Shown here: piece after piece, positions 30,317 to 41,001 of the stretch
Position numbering within the stretch: the first letter of the stretch is position 1
How the letters are laid out: each line of letters begins with the position of its first letter
The notes under the pieces: generated by a model
Told to the model about the DNA's origin: nothing
The model's database searches: none
What the model saw: the letters and a program-made list of their open reading frames with translations, nothing else
Assembly (NCBI GenBank): GCA_947458235.1
Contig: CANGYP010000001.1
Coordinates: 1,248-65,247, forward strand
Length of the DNA stretch: 64,000 nt
Origin: Alphaproteobacteria bacterium
GTDB taxonomy: Bacteria > Pseudomonadota > Alphaproteobacteria > JAJTHO01 > CANGYM01
Reading direction: 5' to 3'
Position numbers and translations under genes: made by a program

Positions 30317-31215
30317 ATTTTGGGGACGAAGCGCACAGAAACACGGCGGTAAATCTGGTTTTTCAACTGCGGCGCTATCGCTGGATCCACCGCAATACGC
30401 ACAGAAACCACGCGATTATCCCGATCTGCTAAGGGGTCCGTATCATTCACATCATTCCCCCGCACCACAAAGCCCACATGATACACAACCCCCTGAACAG
30501 GCATGATCTGCTGGGGCAAAAAAATTTCTGCTTTTTGACCTGTTTTGATGCGGGCAATATCGCTTTCAAACACTTCAGCCCGCACATCCATGGCAGATAA
30601 GTTGGCAAAAGTCATAATCCCCTTGTCCGATGCACGCTCGCCCTGACGGGTCAAAATCTCCAAAATCGTCCCTGCAAATGGGGCGCGTATGGTGGTATCC
30701 TCCAGATTTTGCACCGCCACCGCCAAGCTGGCCTCAGCCTCTAGGATCTCGGCCCTCAGGGCCGCACCTTGAGCCGCAGCGGTTTTCCAGTTTTTTTCTG
30801 TTTCATCTTTTTCAGATACACTAATGGCCTGCTGGTGCTGTAAGACTTTGCGCCGTTCGTATTCTTTTCGGGTAAAGACCTCTGTAACATCATTTTGCTG
30901 TAGTTGGGCTTTCAGGCGGACCAGACGGGCCTTGGCTTCCTCTAATTCGGCTTTTCTGGTGGCGCGATTGCCTAGTTGCGCCAGCGGTTGGCCCTCCGCC
31001 ACAAATTCCCCCTCCTGCACAAACAGCATGGACACGGTTACAGGCTCCATGGTGCCTTTGTGGGTCAAGGTTAACACGCGGGATTTTGGCTCAATAATCC
31101 CCATAGCACCCACGGCGCCAGGGGAGAGTCCATCGGCATGCGCCAACGAAGAAACACACAACATGATCAAAAAAAGGCTACTCATAATAATAAAGTGTTT
31201 AAGCCTCTGAACCAT
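30313..31215 (-). CDS. HlyD/DevB-family membrane fusion (periplasmic adaptor) protein
   Basis: Signal/TM MVQRLKHFIIMSSLFLIMLCVSSLAHA, a coiled-coil and a beta-barrel hairpin domain. Start taken at an internal Met, though the ORF could start at 31272. Confidence 0.7.
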   Translation of the reverse strand: MVQRLKHFIIMSSLFLIMLCVSSLAHADGLSPGAVGAMGIIEPKSRVLTLTHKGTMEPVTVSMLFVQEGEFVAEGQPLAQLGNRATRKAELEEAKARLVRLKAQLQQNDVTEVFTRKEYERRKVLQHQQAISVSEKDETEKNWKTAAAQGAALRAEILEAEASLAVAVQNLEDTTIRAPFAGTILEILTRQGERASDKGIMTFANLSAMDVRAEVFESDIARIKTGQKAEIFLPQQIMPVQGVVYHVGFVVRGNDVNDTDPLADRDNRVVSVRIAVDPAIAPQLKNQIYRRVSVRFVPKM

Positions 31216-31399
31216 CTCACCCCTCAAAGTGTTCTCACGAGTATTTTTGACACATAACCACAGCATCCACATAACCTTCTAAGGGATGGTTAAAGGCCTC
31301 ACCAATACGTCCGATGAATGAACAGGTCATTCAGAAACCAAAAACGGAGCACTCATACCAATTCACATTCAAAAACATACAAATGCCCCCATGTTTTTG

Positions 31400-31550
31400 A
31401 AAAATTCCCTCTCCCGCTTGCGGGGGAGGGTTAGGGAGGCGGTCTTTTGCATTATTTTTCATAACATTATTCTTATTGCAACCCCCTCTACCCAACCCTC
31501 TCCCCGACGGGGAGAGGGGGGTCTTGATTGTGTCTTGGTATCACAAGACA
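31400..31550. repeat. Cluster of REP-like GC-rich palindromes between rplO and the DevB-like gene
   Basis: CCCTCTCCCGCttgCGGGGGAGGG lies at 31407-31430. A perfect palindrome CCCTCTCCCCGaCGGGGAGAGGG lies at 31496-31518. GTCTTGgtatcaCAAGAC lies at 31532-31549 with a GTCTTG direct repeat. The 71-aa ORF 31391-31606 (PSPRRGEGG) is just their translation. Confidence 0.7.
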
Positions 31551-31602
31551 ACAAGCGCTGTTTGCCCAAGAATTTTCTTAAAAACCCGCCCCGAACGTAT
31601 CC

Positions 31603-32073
31603 TTAACGTCCTGACAAAGCCTCAACAACCACAGACCCGCCCGCGGTCTGTATTTTCTTCAAGGCGGATTCGGAAACGCCCTGAACATTCAGGGAAATCT
31701 TGGTTGTGATCTCGCCTTGGCTGAGCACACGAAGACCATGTGTGGCTTTGGAGGCAATCCCTAAACGCACTAAATCTGCCGTAGTCACGATCTGGGATGC
31801 ATCCAAACGGCCTGAATTCACAGCAGCTTGCAGGGTTCCCACATTCACAACAGAGTATTGTTTTTTGAAAATATTGGTAAAGCCTTTTTTGGGCAAACGG
31901 CGGTGTAGAGGCATTTGGCCCCCTTCAAATCCGTTGATCGCCACACCCGTGCGGGCCGTCTGACCTTTCCCACCACGACCACAGGTTTTGCCTTTACCGC
32001 TTCCAATGCCACGACCCACGCGCATCAGACCGCGGCGAGCCCCTTTATTATCCCGAACAGCGTTTAGTTGCAT
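31603..32073 (-). CDS. rplO: 50S ribosomal protein L15
   Basis: [38 protein letters not shown]. Confidence 0.92.
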   Translation of the reverse strand: MQLNAVRDNKGARRGLMRVGRGIGSGKGKTCGRGGKGQTARTGVAINGFEGGQMPLHRRLPKKGFTNIFKKQYSVVNVGTLQAAVNSGRLDASQIVTTADLVRLGIASKATHGLRVLSQGEITTKISLNVQGVSESALKKIQTAGGSVVVEALSGR

Positions 32074-32264
32074 ACAGAACCATCCTCAACACGAATTAAA
32101 TGACGAACTTTGGTGATCATGCCGCGCACAGCCGGCGTATCCTGAACCACGGATGTGGAATGAATTTTTCGCAGACCCAAACCAATCAAACAAGCCTGTT
32201 GATTGGGCAAAATACCAAAAAAGCTCCGAACCTGCGTCAAGCGCAGGGTAGAGGAGGAAGACAC
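32064..32264 (-). CDS. rpmD: 50S ribosomal protein L30 (start uncertain, GTG at 32264 or ATG at 32357)
   Basis: Core [48 protein letters not shown] matches L30. The long ORF has a Lys/Ser-rich N-terminal extension that would overlap rpsE. Confidence 0.6.
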   Translation of the reverse strand: MSSSSTLRLTQVRSFFGILPNQQACLIGLGLRKIHSTSVVQDTPAVRGMITKVRHLIRVEDGSVCN

Positions 32265-32331
32265 GACCTGTTTCTGAGAGGATGACGTCTTCACACCCCC
32301 AGCAGCATCCTTTTTTGCAGCCTGTGGGGCT

Positions 32332-32883
32332 TTACGCTTCGTGGCTGTCGTTTCCATAACTTTGCTCCTGATCTTGATCTTGATGATCTTTGGTATCTCC
32401 GCGGCGACGGACAAGGTCACCAATTTTCAAATCTCGCTTAGCTGCCACCAGCTTAGGGGCCGTGGTTGCCGTCAGTCCAGCCAAAGTGGCCCGAATCATG
32501 TTATAGGGGTTAGAGGATCCCAAGGATTTCGCCACCACATCGTGAACACCCAAGGCCTCGAACACTGCACGGGAAGGCCCCCCCGCAATGATTCCCGTAC
32601 CCGCAGGGGCACTACGCAGGGTAATGCGCCCCGAACCGAAACGGCCAACGACATCATGATGCAGGGTACGACCCTCACGCAGATTGATACGAACCATATT
32701 TTTTTTTGCACTTTCAATGGCTTTCTTCATGGCCTCTGGAACCTCTTTGGCCTTTCCAGACCCATATCCCACGCGGCCCTGACCATCGCCAACAACAACC
32801 AAAGCAGCGAAGGCAAATTTACGGCCCCCTTTAACAACTTTGGCCACACGGTTAATAGCAACCAGCTTTTCAATGTAATCCAT
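32332..32883 (-). CDS. rpsE: 30S ribosomal protein S5 (with unusual acidic C-terminal tail)
   Basis: [30 protein letters not shown]. Confidence 0.9.
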   Translation of the reverse strand: MDYIEKLVAINRVAKVVKGGRKFAFAALVVVGDGQGRVGYGSGKAKEVPEAMKKAIESAKKNMVRINLREGRTLHHDVVGRFGSGRITLRSAPAGTGIIAGGPSRAVFEALGVHDVVAKSLGSSNPYNMIRATLAGLTATTAPKLVAAKRDLKIGDLVRRRGDTKDHQDQDQEQSYGNDSHEA

Positions 32884-32900
32884 ATGGCTTTCCGTTTTTC

Positions 32901-33275
32901 CTAAAATAATAAACCGCCTTCACGGGCACCCTCAGCCAAGGATTTGACGCGCCCGTGGTACTGATAACCACTGCGATCAAAATACACTTTGCTAACATTG
33001 TTTTCCAGAGCCCGCTTAGCCAAAAGAACACCTACCTCCTTGCAAGAGCCCAGATTCACAGAACGCTTGGGGAGGGCACTTTCCATCTTTTTCAAAGCCT
33101 CATCCCGAGAACATGCCGAAGCCACCACATGACCCGATGTCATATCAATCACTTGGGCATACAGGGACGTGTTAGAGCGGTAAACACTCAAACGATGGGA
33201 CACCGTAGCAGAGGCCTTCAACTGCGTCCGAACGCGGGCACGACGCTTTTCAAAAGAGGATATTTTCTTAGCCAT
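32901..33275 (-). CDS. rplR: 50S ribosomal protein L18
   Basis: [10 protein letters not shown]...[17 protein letters not shown]. Confidence 0.9.
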   Translation of the reverse strand: MAKKISSFEKRRARVRTQLKASATVSHRLSVYRSNTSLYAQVIDMTSGHVVASACSRDEALKKMESALPKRSVNLGSCKEVGVLLAKRALENNVSKVYFDRSGYQYHGRVKSLAEGAREGGLLF

Positions 33276-33284
33276 GATGGAAAC

Positions 33285-33818
33285 CTATTTCTTTTTGCCT
33301 TCTTTACGCAGAACGATCTCACCTTCATAGCGCACGCCTTTGCCTTTATAGGGCTCTGGGGCACGAATAGAACGAATTTTCGCTGCGACCTGACCCACAA
33401 CTTGTTTGTCATAACTGTGCAACTGAATGGTGGTGGGCTTTTCACATTTGGCTGTCACACCCGCAGGCAGATCAAACACTATCGGGTGACTAAAACCCAA
33501 CTGAAGATCAATAGCATTGCCCTTCAAGGCAGCACGATACCCAACGCCCACCAACTCTAGAGTCTTTGTAAAGCCAACGGTCGTGCCCACAACCATGCCC
33601 TGAATGCGGGCACGAATGGTGCCCCACAGGGCGCGACTCTGCTTACTGGCCGAGGCTGGCTTTACGGTAATCTGATGATCCTCAACGGATACATCCACAC
33701 CTTGGGGGAGGGATAAGGAGAGGGCACCAAGCTTACCTTGCACGGACAAAATCCCCTGATTCAAAGAAACAGAGCAATCTTTAGGAACAATAACAGGATG
33801 CTTTCCGACGCGGGACAT
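33285..33818 (-). CDS. rplF: 50S ribosomal protein L6
   Basis: MSRVGKHPVIVPKDCSVS... The listed ORF extends upstream to 33980, and the start was set at the L6-type Met. Confidence 0.9.
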   Translation of the reverse strand: MSRVGKHPVIVPKDCSVSLNQGILSVQGKLGALSLSLPQGVDVSVEDHQITVKPASASKQSRALWGTIRARIQGMVVGTTVGFTKTLELVGVGYRAALKGNAIDLQLGFSHPIVFDLPAGVTAKCEKPTTIQLHSYDKQVVGQVAAKIRSIRAPEPYKGKGVRYEGEIVLRKEGKKK

Positions 33819-33837
33819 GGCACAAAACTCCAAAACT

Positions 33838-34236
33838 TTAAAACACAGTACAAATCCATTCACCGCCCAAGCCTGCTTTCCTCGCCTCAGCGTCAGAAAA
33901 AATACCCAAAGAGGTGGACACAATCCCAATACCCAAACCATTATGAACCTTTGGCATACCCGAGGCACCACAGTACACACGACGACTGGGCTTTGATTCG
34001 CGGGAGATTTCCTTAATCACAGGCTGGCCTTGATAGTACTTCAGCTCTATGACGATTTCTTGAACACGAGGACGAACATCCCGCACTTCGTAGCCGCGAA
34101 TGTAACCTTCGCGCTTTAAAACATCCAAAATCGACTGTTTTAAACGAGACGCCGGCACAGCCACCTGCGTTTTACGCGCCGCAGCACCATTGCGAAGCGA
34201 GGTTAACATAGCCCCAATAGGATCGGTCATGGTCAT
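33838..34236 (-). CDS. rpsH: 30S ribosomal protein S8
   Basis: MTDPIGAMLTSLRNG. Confidence 0.9.
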   Translation of the reverse strand: MTMTDPIGAMLTSLRNGAAARKTQVAVPASRLKQSILDVLKREGYIRGYEVRDVRPRVQEIVIELKYYQGQPVIKEISRESKPSRRVYCGASGMPKVHNGLGIGIVSTSLGIFSDAEARKAGLGGEWICTVF

Positions 34237-34242
34237 AATGGC

Positions 34243-34548
34243 TTACCAACTTGATTTTACAACACCAGGAAGCTGGCCAGCAGAAGCCAACTCCCGCAAT
34301 TTAATACGAGACAAACCAAACTTACGATATACGCCCCGAGAGCGACCTGTCAAAGCGCAGCGGTTACGAATACGAACTTTCGCGGAATTTCGGGGCATTT
34401 CGGATAATTTACGAACAGCCATCAGACGGTCTTCCATAGGCAAAGAGCGGTCTTTGACTTTTGCCACAAGGGCTGTACGACGGGCCAAAGCATTTTCAGC
34501 CTTGCGACGACGACTCTTGTCACGTTCTTTCATGCACAGTTTAGCCAT
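34243..34548 (-). CDS. rpsN: 30S ribosomal protein S14
   Basis: [15 protein letters not shown]...[28 protein letters not shown]. Confidence 0.9.
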   Translation of the reverse strand: MAKLCMKERDKSRRRKAENALARRTALVAKVKDRSLPMEDRLMAVRKLSEMPRNSAKVRIRNRCALTGRSRGVYRKFGLSRIKLRELASAGQLPGVVKSSW

Positions 34549-34562
34549 GAACAGGTCTCACT

Positions 34563-35114
34563 TTAATTATAAAACGGAAAACCAAATGCCTTTAGCAAGG
34601 CCTTGGTGTGATCCGCGCGGTTACTGCTAGAAACGAGGACTATATCCATTCCGAAAACTTTGTCAATCTTATCGTAATCAATTTCGGGAAAGATAATGTG
34701 CTCTTTAATCCCCATAGCATAGTTACCTTGGGCATCAAAGGATTTTACAGAAATCCCTCGGAAATCTCGGATGCGGGGCATAGCGATAGTCACCAGACGA
34801 TCCAGAAATTCATACATGCGCTCGCGGCGCAGAGTGACTTTGCATCCCATCACCATACCTTGACGTACTTTGAAGGTGGCAATGGATTTTTTAGCGCGTG
34901 TAACCATGGGCTTTTGACCAGCCAAAAGCGCTATGTCGGCCACAACTTTATCCAATTTTTTGCTGTCCTGAACCGCGTCACCAAAACCAACATTGATAAC
35001 GATTTTTTCCAAACGGGGAGCTTGCATCACATTCGATAAGCCAAGCTCTTGCATCAGCGCAGGGCGAATGTCTTTAAGATACTGCTGTTTTAAACGGGGC
35101 TGCGTTTCAACCAT
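34563..35114 (-). CDS. rplE: 50S ribosomal protein L5
   Basis: [19 protein letters not shown]...RDFRG. Confidence 0.9.
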   Translation of the reverse strand: MVETQPRLKQQYLKDIRPALMQELGLSNVMQAPRLEKIVINVGFGDAVQDSKKLDKVVADIALLAGQKPMVTRAKKSIATFKVRQGMVMGCKVTLRRERMYEFLDRLVTIAMPRIRDFRGISVKSFDAQGNYAMGIKEHIIFPEIDYDKIDKVFGMDIVLVSSSNRADHTKALLKAFGFPFYN

Positions 35115-35427
35115 CGATCACTTCTCCTGACTTTTTCGCATAACGGACCTTTTTTCCATCAATGATCTTATACCCCACGCGGGTGGGCACATCCAACTTA
35201 GGGTCCAAGAGGGCCACATTGGAAACATCAATGGCCTTTTCAAAACGACGAATACCACCAGCATCCAGCTGGGTAGGCTTCTGGTGCTTGGTGACCACAT
35301 TGACACCATCCACAATCAGCTTATTTTCAGACGGCAGGACTTTTAACACCTTGCCACGCTTGCCCTTATCCTTGCCAGACAGCACAACCACCCTGTCTTC
35401 GCGCTTAATTTTGACTTTTTGTTTCAT
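35107..35427 (-). CDS. rplX: 50S ribosomal protein L24
   Basis: [22 protein letters not shown]. Confidence 0.9.
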   Translation of the reverse strand: MKQKVKIKREDRVVVLSGKDKGKRGKVLKVLPSENKLIVDGVNVVTKHQKPTQLDAGGIRRFEKAIDVSNVALLDPKLDVPTRVGYKIIDGKKVRYAKKSGEVIDG

Positions 35428-35795
35428 TATAGGACCTCCGGGGCCAAAGATATAATTTTCATGTAATTTTTCGAACGCAGCTCACGAGTCACAGGGCCAA
35501 AAATACGGGTTCCCACAGGCTCGCCCTGCTTGTTGATGATAACAACAGCATTGTTATCAAAACGAATCAGAGAATCATCGGGGCGACGCACACCAAAACG
35601 GGTCCGCACAACCAAAGCGCGATGCACATCCCCCTTTTTCACTTTCCCCCGAGGAATGGCGTCCTTAACCGACACCACAATCACATCCCCGATCTCAGCG
35701 GTTCTTTTTTTTGATCCGCCCAAAACCTTAACACACATAACAGTTTTGGCACCAGAGTTATCCGCAACGTCTAAACGTGTTTGCATCTGAATCAT
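35427..35795 (-). CDS. rplN: 50S ribosomal protein L14
   Basis: [17 protein letters not shown]. Confidence 0.92.
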   Translation of the reverse strand: MIQMQTRLDVADNSGAKTVMCVKVLGGSKKRTAEIGDVIVVSVKDAIPRGKVKKGDVHRALVVRTRFGVRRPDDSLIRFDNNAVVIINKQGEPVGTRIFGPVTRELRSKNYMKIISLAPEVL

Positions 35796-36052
35796 ACAGA
35801 AACTCCTTGTACAGAGGCACCTGTATCATCTAACAGGACCCATGTTTTTCTCTTAGAAAAGGGACGGGACTCCACGATGGATACAACGTCGCCCTGACGG
35901 GAGCGGTTGGCTTCATCATGAGCCAAGAATTTTTTGGAACGCTTAATGTACTTTTTATACACAGGGTGCTTTACGGAACGCTCAACCAAAACACTGATGG
36001 TTTTGTCTTTAGCATCCTTCACAACAACACCTTGCATCACACGACGGGGCAT
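35792..36052 (-). CDS. rpsQ: 30S ribosomal protein S17
   Basis: [40 protein letters not shown]. Confidence 0.9.
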   Translation of the reverse strand: MPRRVMQGVVVKDAKDKTISVLVERSVKHPVYKKYIKRSKKFLAHDEANRSRQGDVVSIVESRPFSKRKTWVLLDDTGASVQGVSV

Positions 36053-36064
36053 AACAATGATCCT

Positions 36065-36265
36065 TTAGGCAGGGTTATTCAACAGGGTCTTAATTTGGGC
36101 AATGCGACGACGCACAAAACGAAAACGGGTTGTGTTTTCCACGCCCCCGCTTTTCTTTTTAAAGCGCATACCCATCAAATCACGCTGACAATGATGCAGC
36201 ATATCGGTGAGTTCATCTTTGGTTTTGCCCCGCAACAAAGCGGCCTTTCGTTCCGACAATTTCAT
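36065..36265 (-). CDS. rpmC: 50S ribosomal protein L29
   Basis: LRGKTKDELTDMLHHCQRDLMGMRFKK. Confidence 0.85.
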   Translation of the reverse strand: MKLSERKAALLRGKTKDELTDMLHHCQRDLMGMRFKKKSGGVENTTRFRFVRRRIAQIKTLLNNPA

Positions 36266-36270
36266 AATGT

Positions 36271-36687
36271 TTACTCACATGGCAGACGTTTAACAAATTT
36301 TGACTGAATCGGCAACTTGGCATGAGCCAAAGCAAAAGCCTCACGGGCTTGCTCTTCCGATACACCCTCAATTTCAAAAAGAATGCGCCCCGGAGCTACA
36401 CGACAAGCCCAGAATTCTGGTGTTCCTTTTCCACTTCCCATACGCACTTCCGCAGGTTTGCGGGATACAGGCAAATCTGGGAACACACGAATCCAGAGCT
36501 TACCTGCACGACGCAGGTGACGGGTGATGGCACGACGGGCCGCCTCGATTTGGCGAGCCGTAATGCGATCAGCAGCTAAGGCTTTTAAACCAAACTGACC
36601 AAAATTCAAACGATCTCCAGCTTTGGTCTCGCCTTTGATGCGCCCTTTATGCGCTTTACGGTATTTTGTTTTCTTGGGGCTAAACAT
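36271..36687 (-). CDS. rplP: 50S ribosomal protein L16
   Basis: [19 protein letters not shown]. Confidence 0.92.
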   Translation of the reverse strand: MFSPKKTKYRKAHKGRIKGETKAGDRLNFGQFGLKALAADRITARQIEAARRAITRHLRRAGKLWIRVFPDLPVSRKPAEVRMGSGKGTPEFWACRVAPGRILFEIEGVSEEQAREAFALAHAKLPIQSKFVKRLPCE

Positions 36688-36708
36688 GCCTAACTCCGTT
36701 GTGGTTAT

Positions 36709-37368
36709 CTATGCTGCGGTGCGCAGATCTTCGCGCTCGCCATCTTTGAGAATTTCACCTTTGTAAATCCAGACCTTAATACCAATAACGCCGTAGGTTG
36801 TCAAAGCCTCTGCTTCTCCATAGTCGATATCGGCACGCAGGGTGTGAAGGGGAACCCGACCTTCACGATACCATTCCATGCGAGCGATTTCCGCGCCCCC
36901 CAAACGGCCACTGCAGTTAATCCGAATGCCCTCAGCACCGAAACGCAGTGCCGACTGAACCACACGGCGCATAGCCCGACGAAAGGCCACTCGCTTTTCC
37001 AACTGAGAGGCCACGTTTTGAGCCACCAACTTGGCTTCGATTTCGGGCTTGCGAATTTCAACGATGTTGATCTGAACATCCCGCCCCAAAAACTTGGCTA
37101 AATCCTTGCGCAATAATTCAATGTCTGTCCCTTTTTTACCAATAATCAATCCAGGACGACCCGAATACAAGTTCACGATGGGCTTGTTGGCTGGACGCTC
37201 GATGACAATTTTACTGATATAAGCCGCTTTCAGGCGCTTCTCCAAATACTTCCGGATTTCAAGATCCTGCAACAGAGTTTCCTGATAAGACTTACCCGCA
37301 AACCAACGGGAATCCCAGTCCTTGTTGACCTTCAAACGGAACCCAATGGGGTTGACTTTCTGACCCAT
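36709..37368 (-). CDS. rpsC: 30S ribosomal protein S3
   Basis: [12 protein letters not shown]...KH domain. Confidence 0.92.
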   Translation of the reverse strand: MGQKVNPIGFRLKVNKDWDSRWFAGKSYQETLLQDLEIRKYLEKRLKAAYISKIVIERPANKPIVNLYSGRPGLIIGKKGTDIELLRKDLAKFLGRDVQINIVEIRKPEIEAKLVAQNVASQLEKRVAFRRAMRRVVQSALRFGAEGIRINCSGRLGGAEIARMEWYREGRVPLHTLRADIDYGEAEALTTYGVIGIKVWIYKGEILKDGEREDLRTAA

Positions 37369-37371
37369 AAC

Positions 37372-37716
37372 CTAAATCTCCTCTTCTGCCAAAATAACAG
37401 TAATACGACTGACAGGCTTTTCAATACGTGCGCCGCGACCACGAGCCCGCGCCCGAAAACGTTTCATGACCAAGCTTTTCCCCACAAACGCTTCTTTGAC
37501 ATACAAACGATCCACGTCCAGACCGTGATTGTTTTCGGCGTTGGCAATGGCAGAGTTCAAGGTTTTCAACACCACATCTGCCACGCGCTTTTGAGAAAAC
37601 GTCAGGATGTGAATGGCATCCTGAACATGCTTACGGCGAATGCTGCCCGCAACCACATTAAGTTTTTGGGGGCTGCTGCGCACAACAGTATTCATGGCTT
37701 GGGCAAAACGGGTCAT
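37372..37716 (-). CDS. rplV: 50S ribosomal protein L22
   Basis: Position in the S10 operon, L22-like sequence and 114-aa length. Confidence 0.88.
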   Translation of the reverse strand: MTRFAQAMNTVVRSSPQKLNVVAGSIRRKHVQDAIHILTFSQKRVADVVLKTLNSAIANAENNHGLDVDRLYVKEAFVGKSLVMKRFRARARGRGARIEKPVSRITVILAEEEI

Positions 37717-37725
37717 ACAAACACC

Positions 37726-38004
37726 TTACTTCTTTTTCGCTTTTTTATCAGCACCGTGACCCAAAAAGGTCCGTGTAGGGGCAAATTCACCCAGCTTGTG
37801 GCCAATCATGTCTTCGTTCACCGTCACAGGCACAAATTTTTTGCCGTTATACACACCAAAAGTTAACCCCACAAAGTTAGGGAGAATGGTGGAGCGGCGT
37901 GACCAAGTTTTAATGATATCGCGGCGACCAGAAGAGGCCACTTTAGCTGCTTTATCAATTAAATAACCGTCAACAAACGGACCTTTCCAGATAGAACGGG
38001 GCAT
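37726..38004 (-). CDS. rpsS: 30S ribosomal protein S19
   Basis: [15 protein letters not shown]...[17 protein letters not shown]. Confidence 0.92.
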   Translation of the reverse strand: MPRSIWKGPFVDGYLIDKAAKVASSGRRDIIKTWSRRSTILPNFVGLTFGVYNGKKFVPVTVNEDMIGHKLGEFAPTRTFLGHGADKKAKKK

Positions 38005-38016
38005 ATACAGTGTCCT

Positions 38017-38844
38017 TTATTTCTGATAGCGTCGTTTAACAATATATTTGGACGTGGCCTTGTTCCGGCGCGTCCTTTTGCCTTTGGTGGATTTTCCCCA
38101 TGGCGTCACGGGGTGACGACCACCAGATGTTTTCCCTTCACCACCACCGTGCGGGTGATCCACAGGGTTCATGGCCACCCCACGAACATGGGGGCGGCGT
38201 CCTTTCCAGCGATTCCGTCCCGCTTTACCCAAAACTTCGTTCTGGTGATCAGGGTTGGAGACCATCCCAATGGTCGCATAGCAACTGGCGGGGACAAGGC
38301 GCACCTCACCAGAGGCAAGACGCAGCTGGGCATATCCCTGATCCCGCGCGACCAATTGAACAGAGGCTCCTGCACTACGCGCCATCTGGCCGCCTTTGCC
38401 GGGCTTCATTTCCACATTGTGAACCACTGTCCCCAAGGGAATGTTGGCTAAAGGCAGAGCGTTCCCCACACGAATGTCAGCTTTTTCACCTGAAAGAACT
38501 TTATCACCAGCTTTTAATTTCTGGGGGGCCAAGATGTAGGCTTTCTCACCGTCCTCATAAACGATCAAGGCAATATAAGCTGTGCGGTTGGGGTCATACT
38601 CCAGACGCTCCACCGTTGCGACGACATCGTGCTTAGCGCGCTTGAAATCAACCTGACGATACAAACGCTTGTGACGGGGACCGATGTTGCGATTTGTGGC
38701 ACGCCCCAAATTATTACGGCCCCCTGTGGAGTGAAGACCAGACACCAAGCTTTTTTCAGGACGACCCTTCCACAAATCCGAAGATGTGGACAGAATCAAG
38801 CCACGCGTTCCTGGGGTAACGGGTTTATAGGCTTTTAAGGCCAT
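38017..38844 (-). CDS. rplB: 50S ribosomal protein L2
   Basis: [15 protein letters not shown]...GGGEGK. Confidence 0.92.
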   Translation of the reverse strand: MALKAYKPVTPGTRGLILSTSSDLWKGRPEKSLVSGLHSTGGRNNLGRATNRNIGPRHKRLYRQVDFKRAKHDVVATVERLEYDPNRTAYIALIVYEDGEKAYILAPQKLKAGDKVLSGEKADIRVGNALPLANIPLGTVVHNVEMKPGKGGQMARSAGASVQLVARDQGYAQLRLASGEVRLVPASCYATIGMVSNPDHQNEVLGKAGRNRWKGRRPHVRGVAMNPVDHPHGGGEGKTSGGRHPVTPWGKSTKGKRTRRNKATSKYIVKRRYQK

Positions 38845-38847
38845 GAT

Positions 38848-39171
38848 CTAGACTCCATCAAAAAAATTAAGGGTTTCACCGTCTTTCAGGGTGATAATGG
38901 CCTTTTTTGTAGCATTGCGGTGCCCAACCACGCCCTTGAACCGCTTTGTTTTGGCGGGCAGGCGAATGATGTTCACCTTTTCAACGGTCACGGAAAAGAC
39001 CTCTTTCATGGCTAACTTCACATCGTTTTTGGTGGCGGCGGGCAAAACCTCAAACACCACTTTGTTGCCGATTTCACCTTGCATCGTGGACTTTTCCGTC
39101 ACAATGGGGCGACGCAGGATGTCAAAAGAGCTGATTTTTCTTTTTTTCGTGGATAATAAACCTTGTTTCAT
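38848..39171 (-). CDS. rplW: 50S ribosomal protein L23
   Basis: Position between rplD and rplB, and sequence ILRRPIVTEKST. Confidence 0.88.
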   Translation of the reverse strand: MKQGLLSTKKRKISSFDILRRPIVTEKSTMQGEIGNKVVFEVLPAATKNDVKLAMKEVFSVTVEKVNIIRLPAKTKRFKGVVGHRNATKKAIITLKDGETLNFFDGV

Positions 39172-39794
39172 AACGCAAACCTCTGCTCGATAGCCTCTTT
39201 GGCGGCGGCCGTGATCACAACATGACGGGACTGAAGCAGACTGTAAACGTTCAGTCCCTCCAGCGCCAACAAACGAACATCTTTAAGGTTGCGCAAAGCC
39301 CTGACAAATGGAGCATCCATATCTGCCTGATTGACAATAAAAAGGGGCTTAACCAACCCAAGTTTTTTGGCCCAAGCGGCGGCATCCTTGGCTTTTTCAA
39401 ACGCCGGATACGCATCCACAATCACTAAGGATTGATCTATGCACTTTGATGACAGAGCATGTTTTAATCCCAAAACCCGAATTTTTTTGTTCAACGCATA
39501 CCCATGATCCCGAACTACAGGCCCGAAAATTGTGGCCCCACCGCGATACTGTGGGGAACGCAAAGAACCCTGACGGGCATTTCCTGTTCCCTTTTGTTTA
39601 TAGGGTTTTTTTGTGGTTCCCTGAATGTCGGAGATGCCTTTGGTTTTGTGACATCCTGAGCGGCGTTTATCTAACTGCCATTGCACCACCCGCGCCATAA
39701 TATCGGGGCGCAAAGGGGACAGAGCAAAAACATCATCCCGCAAAGCCACATCCGTGGCTTTTAAATCGGGTCCTGTAAGCAAGGCGTACTGCAT
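39168..39794 (-). CDS. rplD: 50S ribosomal protein L4
   Basis: Position between rplC and rplW, L4-like sequence and 208 aa. Confidence 0.88.
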   Translation of the reverse strand: MQYALLTGPDLKATDVALRDDVFALSPLRPDIMARVVQWQLDKRRSGCHKTKGISDIQGTTKKPYKQKGTGNARQGSLRSPQYRGGATIFGPVVRDHGYALNKKIRVLGLKHALSSKCIDQSLVIVDAYPAFEKAKDAAAWAKKLGLVKPLFIVNQADMDAPFVRALRNLKDVRLLALEGLNVYSLLQSRHVVITAAAKEAIEQRFAL

Positions 39795-39804
39795 AAAACG
39801 ACTC

Positions 39805-40581
39805 TTAACTTTCTAACGTATCACCAGATGTGTCACTCGGGGCGGCCTCAGGGGCAGCAGCGTTGGACTCAGACGAAGGGGCCTGAACATCCAAAGCGGG
39901 GGCAGGAGACGCCACAGAGCCAGGGAAAGGAAGATCCCGAAAGGGAGACTTCACCGCGTCCTGAATCAAAACAAAACTGTTTGTGGCCCCAGGAATGCTG
40001 CCTTTAACAAAGACCAAGCCGCGAGCGACATCGGTTTCTAAAATCTCTAAATTCTGTTGGGTGACGCGCACATCCCCCATATGACCAGCCATTTTTTTGC
40101 CCTTAAAGACCTTACCTGGGTCCTGACGTTGCCCTGTGGACCCGTGGGAACGGTGACTAATAGAAACCCCGTGGGACGCCCGCAAACCACCAAAATTGTG
40201 ACGCTTCATGGCACCAGCAAACCCTTTACCCACAGAGGTTCCGACAACATCAACCTTTTGACCCACAACGAAATGATCGGCTTGCAGGAGAGACCCCACA
40301 TCAAGGAAGGCCCCTGCCTCAACACGAAATTCGCGCACGATAGCCTTGGGGGAAAGATTGGCGTTGGCATACTGAACGCGCTGGGCTTTGTTGACACGGG
40401 AAGGGCGACGGCCCCCCGCGCCCAAAACAACCGCCGTATAACCATCACGGTCTTGGGTGCGCTGGCCAATAACCTGACACCCTTCTAAACTTAACACCGT
40501 CACTGCCGAAGACACACCGTCAACAGAAAAGCGACGCGTCATTCCCAGTTTTTTGGCGATTAAACCTGTACGCTTTGTCAT
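39805..40581 (-). CDS. rplC: 50S ribosomal protein L3 (with Ala/Pro/Ser-rich C-terminal extension)
   Basis: [18 protein letters not shown]... Confidence 0.9.
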   Translation of the reverse strand: MTKRTGLIAKKLGMTRRFSVDGVSSAVTVLSLEGCQVIGQRTQDRDGYTAVVLGAGGRRPSRVNKAQRVQYANANLSPKAIVREFRVEAGAFLDVGSLLQADHFVVGQKVDVVGTSVGKGFAGAMKRHNFGGLRASHGVSISHRSHGSTGQRQDPGKVFKGKKMAGHMGDVRVTQQNLEILETDVARGLVFVKGSIPGATNSFVLIQDAVKSPFRDLPFPGSVASPAPALDVQAPSSESNAAAPEAAPSDTSGDTLES

Positions 40582-40592
40582 AAAACCTCCCC

Positions 40593-40922
40593 TTAAGCCA
40601 CCGCGCCCATGGGCGTCAGCTTAATTTGCACATCAACACCAGAAGGCAGCTCCAACTTCATCAAAGCATCTACAGTCTGGGGAGTCGGACTTAGGATATC
40701 AATCAAACGCTTGTGGGTACGCATTTCGAACTGTTCCCGTGATTTTTTATTCACGTGGGGGGAGCGCAGCACCGTAAAGCGCTCAATACGGGTCGGCAAG
40801 GGAACAGGGCCGTGAAGCTTTGATCCCGTGCGCTTCACCGTATCGACAATTTGCTCTGCGGATTTATCCAAAATCCGGTGATCAAAGGCCCGAAGGTGCA
40901 CTCGAATGGTTTGTGCGTCCAT
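40593..40922 (-). CDS. rpsJ: 30S ribosomal protein S10
   Basis: [39 protein letters not shown]. Confidence 0.92.
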   Translation of the reverse strand: MDAQTIRVHLRAFDHRILDKSAEQIVDTVKRTGSKLHGPVPLPTRIERFTVLRSPHVNKKSREQFEMRTHKRLIDILSPTPQTVDALMKLELPSGVDVQIKLTPMGAVA

Positions 40923-40951
40923 AGTTGATTCTCGTATCCACAGCGTTCACA

Positions 40952-40982
40952 GAAAAAAAGAGGCCGCATTATGCAGCCTCTT
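40952..40982 (-). terminator. Rho-independent terminator between tuf and rpsJ
   Basis: 7-bp GC-rich stem (AAGAGGC / GCCTCTT) with an 11-nt loop, followed on the minus strand by a T7 run. Read directly from the sequence. Confidence 0.6.
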
Positions 40983-41001
40983 TCGGGGTATGTAAAGACC
41001 T

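Noticed and set aside
31391-31606. 71-aa ORF (…PSPRRGEGGLDCV…) in the rplO-devB spacer
   Set aside because: It is a translation of the GC-rich palindromic repeats, with no start context or coding periodicity.
33819-33980. Upstream extension of the rplF ORF
   Set aside because: L6 homology starts at MSRVGKHP. The extension would run into rpsH.
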